Part shown: positions 49,031-57,562 of the stretch, piece by piece | How positions within the stretch are numbered: the first letter of the stretch is position 1 | Layout of the letters: each line of letters begins with the position of its first letter | Source: an uncultured SAR86 cluster bacterium | GTDB lineage: Bacteria > Pseudomonadota > Gammaproteobacteria > Magnimaribacterales > AG-339-G14 | DNA length: 64,000 nucleotides | Reading direction: 5' to 3' | Assembly (NCBI GenBank): GCA_902522825.1 | Contig: CABYXE010000002.1 | Coordinates: 32,530-96,529, forward strand | Made by a program: the position numbers and the translations under genes | The notes under the pieces: model-generated | The model's input: only the letters and a program-made list of their open reading frames with translations | The model's database searches: none | What the model was told of the DNA's origin: nothing

Positions 49031-49531
49031 TTAAACTTTATCTTCTGACCAAGCTAAATATTTTTCCAATTCTTCGGTGGTCATATCTGAGAGTTCAGCA
49101 GTTTTTTCTGGAGAAATTTTAAATAATCCAGCACCTTCCTTTAAAAGTTTTAAATATATTTTTAATAAAAGTAGACTTTTGTCTGTAGCGAAATATTCCA
49201 CTACTCTTTTGTCTTTACCACTTGATCGTTTATCCAAATAACCAGCAACAACAATTTTTTTTAAGAAACGCTCTATACTTCTGATATTAAGATCTGTTAT
49301 CCCTGTTAGGTCGCTGATGGTAAAAAACCCTTTAGATATATGAAAATCCATTATTGCCATCCTGAGCAAATCATATCTTATGTCATTGACATATATACTG
49401 TCCCATCCGTGCTTGTTGGCCATATCCTTAAACATAGAATATTTTTTTTGATTGAAAGACAAAATAGTTTTCGTAAAACCCTCAAGGTTCTTTAAATTAT
49501 CAGAGGCTTCAAAAGAGACGATTTTTTTCAT
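49031..49531 (-). CDS. Winged-helix (MarR-like) DNA-binding protein
   Basis: TISDL...SIERFLKKIVVAGYL...DKRV helix-turn-helix plus wing motif. Confidence 0.7.
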   Translation of the reverse strand: MKKIVSFEASDNLKNLEGFTKTILSFNQKKYSMFKDMANKHGWDSIYVNDIRYDLLRMAIMDFHISKGFFTISDLTGITDLNIRSIERFLKKIVVAGYLDKRSSGKDKRVVEYFATDKSLLLLKIYLKLLKEGAGLFKISPEKTAELSDMTTEELEKYLAWSEDKV

Positions 49532-49590
49532 TCAACAATTATTACAAATTTTTTACTTGAGGCAAAACACTTAGTTTTTTGTCTTAAAAA

Positions 49591-50631
49591 TTACAAAGAC
49601 ATTTGATAGCCAAAAATTAATTTATAGTCATTTTTAAGTTGTAGGCCATTTTTATTATTATTTAACGAATAAAGAATCTCAATTCCCACTCTGCTGTGGC
49701 TTTTATTAAAAAAATGAAAAACTTTATTGGCTCCCAAACCCAATTCTAGAGTTCTGCCCCCGTAGTTAAGGGGATTGGCTGATTGAACTGGAGATCTAAT
49801 TTTTGAACTAGACCCAGATATCTGTTGTTGATCAGTAAAAATAAGCCTAGCAGAAAATGATAAAGATTCGTCATAAGATTTTTGAAGCCATGACGATATT
49901 TCTAATTTATCTCCAAAAGCCCATTCTTTATCCTTAAGGACTGTATACTTTTTAATTTGAGATCCAAATACTAAGTCATTCAAATTTGTACTATTTGTTA
50001 GGGCAGATATTAATCTAGTTGATCCATCCATTTGCATAGCATAGGGCATAGTCATCTGCATATACGTATTCATCGGCGTAAGCATATTGCCCTGATTGTT
50101 GTTTTCCCCGATAGACTTATCTAAACCAATCTCTAAGTGCCACCTATTCTTATTTGTTTCAGTTAATTTATAAAGCGCTGATAAAGAGATATTTGATAAA
50201 TCATCAAAGCTTGTTTGAAAATTTCCAAGATAAGCTCTATCCATTGCTCCTTTATAAGTATTTGAGGTCATTTTATTTTTCATAAACATCAGCATGCCCA
50301 TGTATGTAAGGTTGTCAGATAGAGCATACATTCCTCCGATCATTACCATTTCCATTTCCATTTTTGTAGGGACCACACTTAAGTTAGCAGGAGCTCCTGA
50401 CATAGAAGCGAAAGGATTAGCTTGGCTTAAAATAATTTCCTGATCTGAGATCGTATTGCCATGTAAAGAATTTCCTTTCATTTGCATCGTTGAGTATCTT
50501 ATAGATACCATCTTTTCTTTTGACTTGTGATAATGGTCCCCAGAAACGCCGATAGGTGCATGACCTATAGCTGTGGCAGCAAATGATAAATTGAGAAATA
50601 AAAGAAAAAAAACCGAAAAAACAAATTTCAT
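49591..50631 (-). CDS. Exported Met/His-rich probable outer-membrane beta-barrel protein
   Basis: Signal peptide (LSFA), HAPIGVSGDHYH, alternating beta-strand patterns, terminal FGYQMSL. Confidence 0.7.
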   Translation of the reverse strand: MKFVFSVFFLLFLNLSFAATAIGHAPIGVSGDHYHKSKEKMVSIRYSTMQMKGNSLHGNTISDQEIILSQANPFASMSGAPANLSVVPTKMEMEMVMIGGMYALSDNLTYMGMLMFMKNKMTSNTYKGAMDRAYLGNFQTSFDDLSNISLSALYKLTETNKNRWHLEIGLDKSIGENNNQGNMLTPMNTYMQMTMPYAMQMDGSTRLISALTNSTNLNDLVFGSQIKKYTVLKDKEWAFGDKLEISSWLQKSYDESLSFSARLIFTDQQQISGSSSKIRSPVQSANPLNYGGRTLELGLGANKVFHFFNKSHSRVGIEILYSLNNNKNGLQLKNDYKLIFGYQMSL

Positions 50632-50654
50632 ATACATAAGTTTTTCCAAAAAAA

Positions 50655-51395
50655 TTATTCTTCCCAATTAAATTTAGGTAGAGCATGAATTGCACTATCT
50701 AATTGCTCTGCCCAAATAGATGAAAGCTCCTTAAAAAAAGGAGAGTCGAGTTTTAATTGATCTTGAAAATTTAAGTTAATTTGATCTTTCTTAAAAACTA
50801 CAAAATCTATTGGCGGCCCCACGGTTAAGTCACTTTTCATGGTTGAATCAAAAGATAACAATGCAGCTCTGGCAGAGTCTCCTAAAGGAGTATGAGGAAA
50901 AATCATTCTATCTAAAATAGGCTTGCCATATTTGGTTTCGCCGATTTGAATAAAAGGCGTTTCGTCAGCTACATATATAAAGTTACCTTCTGGATAAACC
51001 ATTACCAAATTTGGATCTTGACCCTTAATTTGGCCACCAACGATAAAGTGAGAACCTAAAAGAGAAATACTCTGATCAATTGTTTCTGTCGGATCATGAT
51101 TTTTCGATTGTTGTTCGATGCTTATTTTTCCAATGTAATCTGCTACAGCCTCGATATCCTGACATAGATTTAAATTGATTTCGCTATCATTACTTTCAAG
51201 ATCCTTCTCGATCTGATGATAGACAGCTTGAGAAGTGGCTAGGTTTCCAGCTGTTAAAATCACAAAAGCTCTATCGCCAATATTATAAGTAAACATTTTT
51301 GTATATGAGCCAATATTATCTAAACCAGCATTGGTTCTAGAATCTGAGGCAAACACTAGGCCTTCTTCAACTTTGATAGCAAGACAGTAAGTCAT
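50655..51395 (-). CDS. anbu: Proteasome-type Ntn protease Anbu
   Basis: M-TYC N-terminal Thr nucleophile, SDSRTNAG, AGNLATSQ, YPEGNFI, QIGETKYGKPILDR, STMKSDLTVGPP. Confidence 0.93.
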   Translation of the reverse strand: MTYCLAIKVEEGLVFASDSRTNAGLDNIGSYTKMFTYNIGDRAFVILTAGNLATSQAVYHQIEKDLESNDSEINLNLCQDIEAVADYIGKISIEQQSKNHDPTETIDQSISLLGSHFIVGGQIKGQDPNLVMVYPEGNFIYVADETPFIQIGETKYGKPILDRMIFPHTPLGDSARAALLSFDSTMKSDLTVGPPIDFVVFKKDQINLNFQDQLKLDSPFFKELSSIWAEQLDSAIHALPKFNWEE

Positions 51396-51420
51396 ATGTC
51401 ATTTTTTTGAGCAATCAATG

Positions 51421-51438
51421 CTTTGTTTTAGAACAAAG
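51421..51438. promoter_or_regulatory. 7-4-7 inverted repeat in the divergent anbu / ATP-grasp spacer
   Basis: CTTTGTT-ttag-AACAAAG. Confidence 0.35.
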
Positions 51439-51488
51439 TTACAATCAATTAGCTGTTATATTCAAATAGTAAAGTATTATAAATTTAT

Positions 51489-52931
51489 ATGAAAATTTCT
51501 TGGAAAAAATATCCCAACGCTTCTACTTACGACGAATATGTTACACCACAAAACAGCCTTAGGGGACATTCGAAAAAAATTGGCACTTTTCTTGAATCAT
51601 TATCAATTGAAGATTTAAAAGAAATTAATATAGCAACGGAAGCTGCCATTAAATCTATGGGGATATCATTTAGGGTTTATTCTGAAGGAAGCCTTGAAGG
51701 ACAAGATCGAATGTGGCCCCTAGACTTTATTCCAAGATTAATCAGAAAATCTGAGTGGCTTCAGGTTGAGAAAGGGCTCAAGCAAAGAGTCAAAGCCTTG
51801 AACATGTTTATTGAAGACTGTTACAACAAACAACAGTTTTTAAATGAAAGTGATATAGATAAATCACTTGTATTAGATTCACCAGCATTTAAAACGTATT
51901 GCATTGGAATGAAACTAAAACACAGTGCATGGTCACATATCTGCGGATCTGACCTGATTAAAGCTCACGATGGAAAATTCTATGTTCTAGAAGATAACCT
52001 CAGGGTTCCATCAGGAGTGTGTTACATGTTAGAAAATAGAATGATCATGAAGAGAGTTTTCCCCGAACTCTTTTACCAATATGGAGTTACACCAATTGAT
52101 GCATACCCAACCAAGCTTTATGAAACTTTAGCATCTGTTAAAAACAGTAGATCTAAGAATCCTGAAATCGTTCTTCTTACTCCAGGCATATTTAATTCCG
52201 CCTACCATGAGCATTCCTTTTTGGCTCAACAAATGGGAATAGATCTAGTGGAGGGAAGAGATTTAATAGTTGATAAAGATGGCTTTGTATATAAAAAAAC
52301 CATTGAAGGGTTAATTAAAATAGATGTAATTTATAGGAGAGTTGATGATGATTATCTTGATCCTGAACAAGGAAATAATAATTCGGCTATAGGAGTCAAA
52401 GGACTTATCAAAGCATGGCAAGAAAAAAAAGTAGCAATAGTTAATTCTCCTGGCTGCGGGATTGCTGACGACAAAGCAATATATTCCTTCGTTCCTAAAA
52501 TGATTAGATTTTATCTAAACGAAGAGCCAATTATAAAAAATATTAAAACTTTCATTCTTACAAATAAAGAACAAAGAGAATATGTTTTTAATAACTTTAA
52601 AGAGATGGTCATAAAGCCGGTTGCAGAATCTGGAGGTTACGGAATAGTAATAGGTAAAAATTGTACAAGACAAGAAAAGGAATCAACCATAAGAAAGGTA
52701 AGGAATAACCCAAGAAATTTTGTCGCACAGCCACTCATATCATTATCAACTGCACCCACTTATTCTGGAGAAAATATTGCTCCTAGACATTTAGATTTAA
52801 GACCTTTCATTTTAACTGGTGAGAATCAATACGTAACAGTAGGTGGTTTGACTAGGGTTGCTCTTAAAGAAGGTTCTACGGTTGTAAATTCCTCTCAAGG
52901 TGGGGGAAGTAAAGACACATGGATAGTTTAA
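51489..52931 (+). CDS. Circularly permuted type 2 ATP-grasp protein
   Basis: GLKQRVKALN, VLEDNLRVPSG, IYRRVDD, ADDKAIY, KPVAESGGYG, RHLDLRPF, GGLTRVAL, VVNSSQGGGSKDTW. Confidence 0.95.
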   Translation: MKISWKKYPNASTYDEYVTPQNSLRGHSKKIGTFLESLSIEDLKEINIATEAAIKSMGISFRVYSEGSLEGQDRMWPLDFIPRLIRKSEWLQVEKGLKQRVKALNMFIEDCYNKQQFLNESDIDKSLVLDSPAFKTYCIGMKLKHSAWSHICGSDLIKAHDGKFYVLEDNLRVPSGVCYMLENRMIMKRVFPELFYQYGVTPIDAYPTKLYETLASVKNSRSKNPEIVLLTPGIFNSAYHEHSFLAQQMGIDLVEGRDLIVDKDGFVYKKTIEGLIKIDVIYRRVDDDYLDPEQGNNNSAIGVKGLIKAWQEKKVAIVNSPGCGIADDKAIYSFVPKMIRFYLNEEPIIKNIKTFILTNKEQREYVFNNFKEMVIKPVAESGGYGIVIGKNCTRQEKESTIRKVRNNPRNFVAQPLISLSTAPTYSGENIAPRHLDLRPFILTGENQYVTVGGLTRVALKEGSTVVNSSQGGGSKDTWIV

Positions 52932-53855
52932 ATGTTAAGTAGAGACGCAGAGCATTTATATTGGCTAACTAGATATGTTGAGAGATTAGAAAATACAGCC
53001 AGAATGATTAATGTGCATTCCGAGCTAATGTTGGATTTTCCAGGTGATAAATCTCTTGGATGGAAGCCCATCATAAAGACTATGGATTCAGAGAAGTTAT
53101 TTCAAAATAAGTACTCAGAATATAGTGAAATTAGCGCTGTAAAATTTTTAGGCGACGATAAAGAAAATGAAAATTCAATTATTTCTTCATTAGAAATGGC
53201 TCGATACAATGCGCGAGCTATAAAAGATGATTTGCCTAGATCAGCAACCGAACAACTCAACAATTTATTTAATGAATTTAGTGGAGGAATGTCATCTTCA
53301 TCCAGCAGAAGAAAACGAGCTTCTTATATTTACAGTGTTATTTCAGGGACTCAAAGATTCTTTGGAATTATTTCTGATAACTTTTCGAGAGGGTATGCTT
53401 TTGAATTTATGAGGTTGGGAAGATTTGTAGAAAGGATTGACATGAATTCTAGAATCATAGACAGCTTATGCATTAATAAATCCAATGAGCAAACTCATGA
53501 TTTTCATACCTTAGAGTGGGTTAGCATGCTTAGAACCTTATCTGCACATGAATCATTTAGAAAGGAAATAAGAGGAGAAATAGAAAGGGGAGATGTTATA
53601 AATTTTCTCCTCAAAAACGAAAATTTTCCAAGATCTATTTATCGATGTTTAACAATCACAGAAAAAAGTCTCTCAGCACTGCCAAAAAATAATGATGTTT
53701 TAGAAGTAATAAAAAAATTAAACCACCGAGTATTTTCTGCTAGGTTGAATGTTTATGATGATAAACAACTACATAATTTTTTAGATTACTTGCAAAGAAG
53801 AATACATCTTTTAGATGAAAAAATTCATAAAAATTATTTTCATAATTATTTATAA
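52932..53855 (+). CDS. Alpha-E domain protein
   Basis: MLSR.A..LYW..RYVER.EN.AR, ARYNAR, LGRFVERID, FPRS; abuts the ATP-grasp gene. Confidence 0.93.
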   Translation: MLSRDAEHLYWLTRYVERLENTARMINVHSELMLDFPGDKSLGWKPIIKTMDSEKLFQNKYSEYSEISAVKFLGDDKENENSIISSLEMARYNARAIKDDLPRSATEQLNNLFNEFSGGMSSSSSRRKRASYIYSVISGTQRFFGIISDNFSRGYAFEFMRLGRFVERIDMNSRIIDSLCINKSNEQTHDFHTLEWVSMLRTLSAHESFRKEIRGEIERGDVINFLLKNENFPRSIYRCLTITEKSLSALPKNNDVLEVIKKLNHRVFSARLNVYDDKQLHNFLDYLQRRIHLLDEKIHKNYFHNYL

Positions 53856-53906
53856 ATCAGAAGAGCTTTTCCATTAAACTTTAGTTTGAAAATAAAAGGA
53901 GAAAGA

Positions 53907-54287
53907 ATGTCTTTTGAAAGCGACGAAAAAAAATTAAAAAAGGGAATGGAGGTTTTAGAGAAATTAAATTTTTTATCTAAAGCTGGCTCAGGAATATCCG
54001 ATGATTTTAGATCCCATACTATAGAAAATTTATTTGGTAGTGTTTGGACGAGACCTGGCTTAGAGATTGAAGAGAGAAGTATGATTACTTTAGCAGGGTT
54101 AATTGCCTTAAATAGAGAAAGTGAACTAAGACTTCATTTCAGAGGAGCAAGAAATTTGGGACTTAGTAGAGAAAAACTAGAAGAGATTATTTTTCACTTA
54201 GCTCATTATGCGGGTTGGCCAAATGCTGTTTCTTCAAGCAACGTTTTAGCTGAAGTTTGGCAAGAAATGGATGAAGAAAAAGATTAG
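53907..54287 (+). CDS. Carboxymuconolactone decarboxylase family protein
   Basis: FGSVWTRPGL, RSMITL, ELRLH, HYAGWP; ATG 53907 after SD AAGGAG. Confidence 0.9.
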   Translation: MSFESDEKKLKKGMEVLEKLNFLSKAGSGISDDFRSHTIENLFGSVWTRPGLEIEERSMITLAGLIALNRESELRLHFRGARNLGLSREKLEEIIFHLAHYAGWPNAVSSSNVLAEVWQEMDEEKD

Positions 54288-54296
54288 AGTAATATT

Positions 54297-54506
54297 ATGA
54301 ATCTAGGAATTTTTATAGTTGGAGCGACTACATTTCTTATAGCTTTCGCTTATTTTAAGATATCCGCCTTTAGAAAAATCAAAAACAAAGAATCTTCTTG
54401 GCTAAAATTAATTCTAGTATTTCTGGTTGATTATTTTGTAATGGCAACAGGAGCTTTAATGAGCGGAGTCTTGTTTGTATCTATTTTTAACATGGCGCAT
54501 GGATAA
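54297..54506 (+). CDS. Small two-helix membrane protein
   Basis: 69 aa with two hydrophobic segments, operonic spacing. Confidence 0.65.
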   Translation: MNLGIFIVGATTFLIAFAYFKISAFRKIKNKESSWLKLILVFLVDYFVMATGALMSGVLFVSIFNMAHG

Positions 54507-55332
54507 AAAAACAATTTTTAAAAAAGAAATCTGGTCAGCAAAAGCTCTAAATACGGCTCCCGATTCAGATAACCAAATCCATGGAGATGAGATGGCAAAA
54601 GAATTTGGTTTTAAAGGAGGGCTGGTTCCAGGTGTAACAGTTTCTGCTTATTTGTTACACCCAATAATTGAAAAGTGGGGACTAGATTGGTTAGAAAAAG
54701 GATGGGCGAAATGTAAAATAACTTCTCCCTTATATGACAAAGAAAAATTTTCTGTTTTTTTTAATGAAGTCTCAGAGAACAAAATCAGTTCTATTTTAAG
54801 AAATAGTAATCAACTTGTTACTGCAAATGCAGAAGCTGCTCTAATAGAAAATATTCAAGAAACTCCTAAGATGAGGGGTGATAAAATTGCTATGGGAAAT
54901 TTTCAAGGTCCTAAGGCTTCTAGGGATGTTTGGATGAAATTAAAAAAAGACGGATGCATGGCTTTTGAATATTTCTGGGGTGGTAAGAATCCTTTAATTT
55001 ATTTAAGAGATCAAAATAATCTTCCGGATTTATTAAATCCCTCTAAAAAAGGATTTTCTAATTTGAGTTTTCTATTAGGTTGTTCTAATTGGGCTCTTGC
55101 GAGTAATGCTTATATGAACCCTTGGATCCACTTACAAACTTCCTCTCAAAATTATCAGGCTCTTCCTTTTAATTCATCTGTTATTTCAGAAATTCAAGTA
55201 AATGATATCTTTGAAAAAAAAGGCCATGAATTTGTTGACGTAGAAGTAAACCTTTTCAAAAAAGAAGAAAAATCTTGCATTATGACAATTAATCTTTTGT
55301 CTATTTATAAAGTTAGAGGCTCAATAAATTAA
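54499..55332 (+). CDS. Probable double hotdog-fold (MaoC-like) protein
   Basis: NQIH.D..AKEFGFKGGLVPG MaoC hydratase-like motif; second half PWIH...KKGHEFV. Confidence 0.7.
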   Translation: MDKKTIFKKEIWSAKALNTAPDSDNQIHGDEMAKEFGFKGGLVPGVTVSAYLLHPIIEKWGLDWLEKGWAKCKITSPLYDKEKFSVFFNEVSENKISSILRNSNQLVTANAEAALIENIQETPKMRGDKIAMGNFQGPKASRDVWMKLKKDGCMAFEYFWGGKNPLIYLRDQNNLPDLLNPSKKGFSNLSFLLGCSNWALASNAYMNPWIHLQTSSQNYQALPFNSSVISEIQVNDIFEKKGHEFVDVEVNLFKKEEKSCIMTINLLSIYKVRGSIN

Positions 55333-56291
55333 TTTTGACTAAAAGTATCAGTTGCATTGATTAACAATTCTGTAATTTCTTTTTCAAACGCAGAATGTCC
55401 CGAGAAAGGTGCAATTTTTAGTTCAGCTTCAGGAAATTTAGAATAAAGTTCATACGCAGTTGTTGAGGGGCAGACTACATCGTACCTTCCTTGGATTATT
55501 ACAGTTGGAATATGCCTAATAGGGTCAATGTTATCTATAAGTTGGTTTTCGTAATCTAAAAAACCTTTATTTACAAAATAATGATTTTCTATGAGAGCAA
55601 AAGCAAGAGCAAATTCTGCATTTACAGAGTCTTTAACCGCACTAGGATTGTGGTTAATAAAACTTGCAGATGCTTCCCACTTAGACCAGGCTTTAGCAGC
55701 AGATAACTTTTTTTCTTTATCTTCTCCGTTGAAAATTTTTCTATAGGCATCAATTAGATCGAACCTTTCATCTTCTGGAATTTCATTTATAAATCCTTGC
55801 CAAGCTTCAGGATATATCTCACTTGCGCCATACTGATAGAACCACTTGAGTTCTTTTTCTCTCAACATAAAAATTCCTCTTAAAACAAGTTCAGTTACAC
55901 ACTGAGGATATTTTTGGGCATAAGCCAAAGCAAGAGTACTTCCCCAAGATCCACCAAAAACAAGCCATTTTTCTATTTGAAGTTCTTTTCTAATAGATTC
56001 AATATCATCTACAAGATGCCAAGTAGTATTTTCTTCTAAACAAGTATGAGGTTTACTTTTACCACAGCCTCTTTGATCAAAAAGAATTATTCTATATTTC
56101 TTCGGATTAAAAAATCTTCTTGAAAGTTTTCCAGCTCCTCCACCAGGTCCACCATGTAAAAAAATTGCAGGCTTACCCTTAGGATTCCCGCATTGTTCGT
56201 AATAAATTTCGTGAATTCCCTTTTTTATATAGCCAGAATCAAATGGCTCTATGGAAGGGTAAAGTGTCTTTTCTTTTTTAAAAAATTTCAT
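55329..56291 (-). CDS. pip: Proline iminopeptidase
   Basis: LHGGPGGG, DQRGCGKS, FGGSWGS, LRGIF, GRYDVVC, GHS. Confidence 0.95.
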   Translation of the reverse strand: MKFFKKEKTLYPSIEPFDSGYIKKGIHEIYYEQCGNPKGKPAIFLHGGPGGGAGKLSRRFFNPKKYRIILFDQRGCGKSKPHTCLEENTTWHLVDDIESIRKELQIEKWLVFGGSWGSTLALAYAQKYPQCVTELVLRGIFMLREKELKWFYQYGASEIYPEAWQGFINEIPEDERFDLIDAYRKIFNGEDKEKKLSAAKAWSKWEASASFINHNPSAVKDSVNAEFALAFALIENHYFVNKGFLDYENQLIDNIDPIRHIPTVIIQGRYDVVCPSTTAYELYSKFPEAELKIAPFSGHSAFEKEITELLINATDTFSQN

Positions 56292-56303
56292 ATATTAATA
56301 ATA

Positions 56304-56379
56304 TGGTGCCCAGAGGTGGAATCGAACCACCGACACAAGGATTTTCAGTCCTTTGCTCTACCAACTGAGCTATCTGGGC
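56304..56379 (-). tRNA. tRNA-Phe (GAA)
   Basis: Reverse complement GCCCAGATAGCTCAGTTGGTAGAGCAAAGGACTGAAAATCCTTGTGTCGGTGGTTCGATTCCACCTCTGGGCACCA: 76 nt cloverleaf, anticodon GAA, encoded CCA. Confidence 0.98.
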
Positions 56380-56445
56380 AAAAAGAGAAAACGATTTTAT
56401 ATAAGTTTGTCATAATAAACAAAATAAAATTCTTGGAGGATTAAA

Positions 56446-57534
56446 ATTTTTGATATTGCAATCATAGGTGCAGGAGCAGTAGGACTATCTATTGCAAAAT
56501 ATTCAGCTGAAAAAGGTAAGAAAGTTCTGGTATTAGAAAAAGAATCAAGAGCTGGAGAGGGAGTTTCGTCAAGAAATTCCGGCGTTATTCACGCTGGCAT
56601 GTATTATCCAAAAAACTCTTTAAAAACTAAATTTTGTGTGGAGGGAAATAAGCTTCTTTATAAGTATGCGAAATTAAAAAAAATTAGTCACAAAAAGACA
56701 GGAAAATTTATTATCGCATCACATAAGAATGAATTAGTTAACTTAGAAAAGATTTTTCTTCAAGGTAGATCAAATGGAGTAGATCTAAAAAAAAGCACCT
56801 TGGAAGAAATTAAAAAAAAGGAACCAGAATTAAACGTTGTAGGGGGTCTTTTTTCACCAGAAACAGGAATTATAGATGTTCCTGAATTCATTACTTCCTT
56901 AGAAGGAGATATACAACATAATGAGGGAGTTATTTCATTCAATACAAATTTTTTGAGCGCAAAAAGAAAGAGAAAAGCTTTCTCTATACAATGCAGCGAT
57001 TTAGATGAATTTGAAATTGAGGCTTGTGTTTTAATAAATTCGGCGGGCCTAGGGTCAGAAAATGTTTCTTCAACTATTTCTCCTCTTAAAAAGGTATTCA
57101 CTCATAAAATACATTTTGCCAAAGGACACTATTTTAAATATTCAGGAATAAACCCTTTTGATTCTCTAATTTATCCTTTACCCAGTGAATCCTCACAAGG
57201 TTTGCATGTTGGGTTTGATATTTCACGTCAGCTCAGATTTGGTCCAGATATTTCTTGGGTTGATGAAATAGATTATCTATTCGATGAAACTCTTAAAGAA
57301 AAATTTATAAGTTCAATACATAATTATTGGCCTGGCATGGAGCCAGAAAGATTACATCCAGATTATTGTGGGATAAGACCTAAAATTCAGAAGCCGTCTG
57401 AAAAAATGAAAGACTTTTCTATTCAATTTCCTAAAGATCATAAAGTTGAAGGTTTCATAAATTTACAAGGAATTGAAAGTCCCGGAATAACAAGCAGTTT
57501 AGCTATAGGGAAATATGTATCATCAATGATATAA
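56446..57534 (+). CDS. FAD-dependent oxidoreductase, L-2-hydroxyglutarate dehydrogenase (LhgO) family
   Basis: In-frame upstream of the ORF-track start: FDIAIIGAGAVG...LEKE...SSRNSGVIHAG; also KGHYF, GLH, FGPD, GIRPK, GIESPG. Start uncertain (ATT 56446). Confidence 0.88.
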   Translation: MFDIAIIGAGAVGLSIAKYSAEKGKKVLVLEKESRAGEGVSSRNSGVIHAGMYYPKNSLKTKFCVEGNKLLYKYAKLKKISHKKTGKFIIASHKNELVNLEKIFLQGRSNGVDLKKSTLEEIKKKEPELNVVGGLFSPETGIIDVPEFITSLEGDIQHNEGVISFNTNFLSAKRKRKAFSIQCSDLDEFEIEACVLINSAGLGSENVSSTISPLKKVFTHKIHFAKGHYFKYSGINPFDSLIYPLPSESSQGLHVGFDISRQLRFGPDISWVDEIDYLFDETLKEKFISSIHNYWPGMEPERLHPDYCGIRPKIQKPSEKMKDFSIQFPKDHKVEGFINLQGIESPGITSSLAIGKYVSSMI

Positions 57535-57562
57535 ATTGATTTCATCAAAACAGGGGTAAAAG

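Noticed and set aside
49557-49587. Hairpin between the barrel gene and the winged-helix gene
   Set aside because: Pairs well only with G-U on the non-coding strand; mismatched on the transcribed strand.
55329-56379. tRNA-Phe as an integration site for a genomic island
   Set aside because: No integrase and no duplicated tRNA 3' end seen; pip begins 12 bp from the CCA end; no visible composition shift.
56193-56444. 83 aa ORF spanning the pip start and the tRNA
   Set aside because: Antisense translation of tRNA-Phe (WCPEVESNHRHKDFQS is a typical tRNA shadow).
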